This document shows positions 63,904 through 64,000 of a stretch of DNA of 64,000 nt, in pieces. How positions within the stretch are numbered: the stretch's first letter is position 1; every line of letters begins with the position of its first letter. The position numbers and the translations under genes are program-made. The stretch is from Actinomycetota bacterium (GTDB lineage: Bacteria > Actinomycetota > Actinomycetes > S36-B12), in the NCBI GenBank assembly GCA_016870515.1, contig VGBL01000002.1, forward strand, positions 133,506-197,505, read 5' to 3'. The notes beneath the pieces were generated by a model. That model was not told where the DNA came from. It searched no databases and saw only the letters and a list, made by a program, of their open reading frames with translations.

Positions 63904-64000
63904 TCGTGCGCTCCTTCTTCTGACTGTCTGGTCCGGCGGGTCGGCCAAGCCGCCCCCGTCGGACCCGATAGGCATCGGGGTCGAATCGGCGCATGGACCG

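Noticed and set aside
1-64000. rRNA, tRNA, tmRNA or CRISPR arrays anywhere in the window
   Set aside because: All intergenic gaps longer than 100 nt were read on both strands. None shows cloverleaf-compatible tRNA features or spacer-separated repeats. The only structured RNA recognised is the SAM-IV element.

Overview
High-GC actinobacterial chromosomal segment, about 70 genes, no rRNA, tRNA, CRISPR array or recognisable mobile element. Most of it is conserved housekeeping synteny. In order: msrB, DUF3000, RNase D, dxs, acn, asnB, an APC permease, two trkA genes, a block of DUF genes around dut, an inositol monophosphatase, a sepH-like gene, topo IV-like subunit A, topo IV-like subunit B, a DUF7455 gene, sigA, metY-metX behind a SAM-IV riboswitch, then cell-envelope and redox genes. 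It resembles the msrB..dxs..ceoBC..dut..suhB..sigA neighbourhood of Mycobacterium tuberculosis.

The accessory part is a ~16.5 kb aromatic-catabolism island (about 29.1-45.6 kb) between the two topo IV-like subunit genes. Its core is a tightly coupled minus-strand operon that I consider the best candidate for an undescribed system. It contains a split PEP-synthase-like kinase with phenylphosphate-synthase/CreHI architecture, a single-subunit Rieske oxygenase, a histidine phosphatase and a HAD phosphatase, a 4-Cys mini-protein, an FprA-type reductase and two tandem XylE-type extradiol dioxygenases. It faces an IclR-regulated lower meta-cleavage operon that ends in a Rieske ferredoxin and a beta-carbonic anhydrase.

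Other notable items:
- an orphan NHLP-type RiPP precursor immediately downstream of sigA
- eroded sbtA/P-II (bicarbonate transporter) remnants
- a 5'-disrupted sepH-like gene
- a HAD gene whose catalytic motif lies upstream of any canonical start (CTG overlapping the upstream TGA)

Calls rest on hand-read motifs in the supplied translations and on remembered family signatures. No searches were run. Internal start coordinates come from residue arithmetic on the ORF track.
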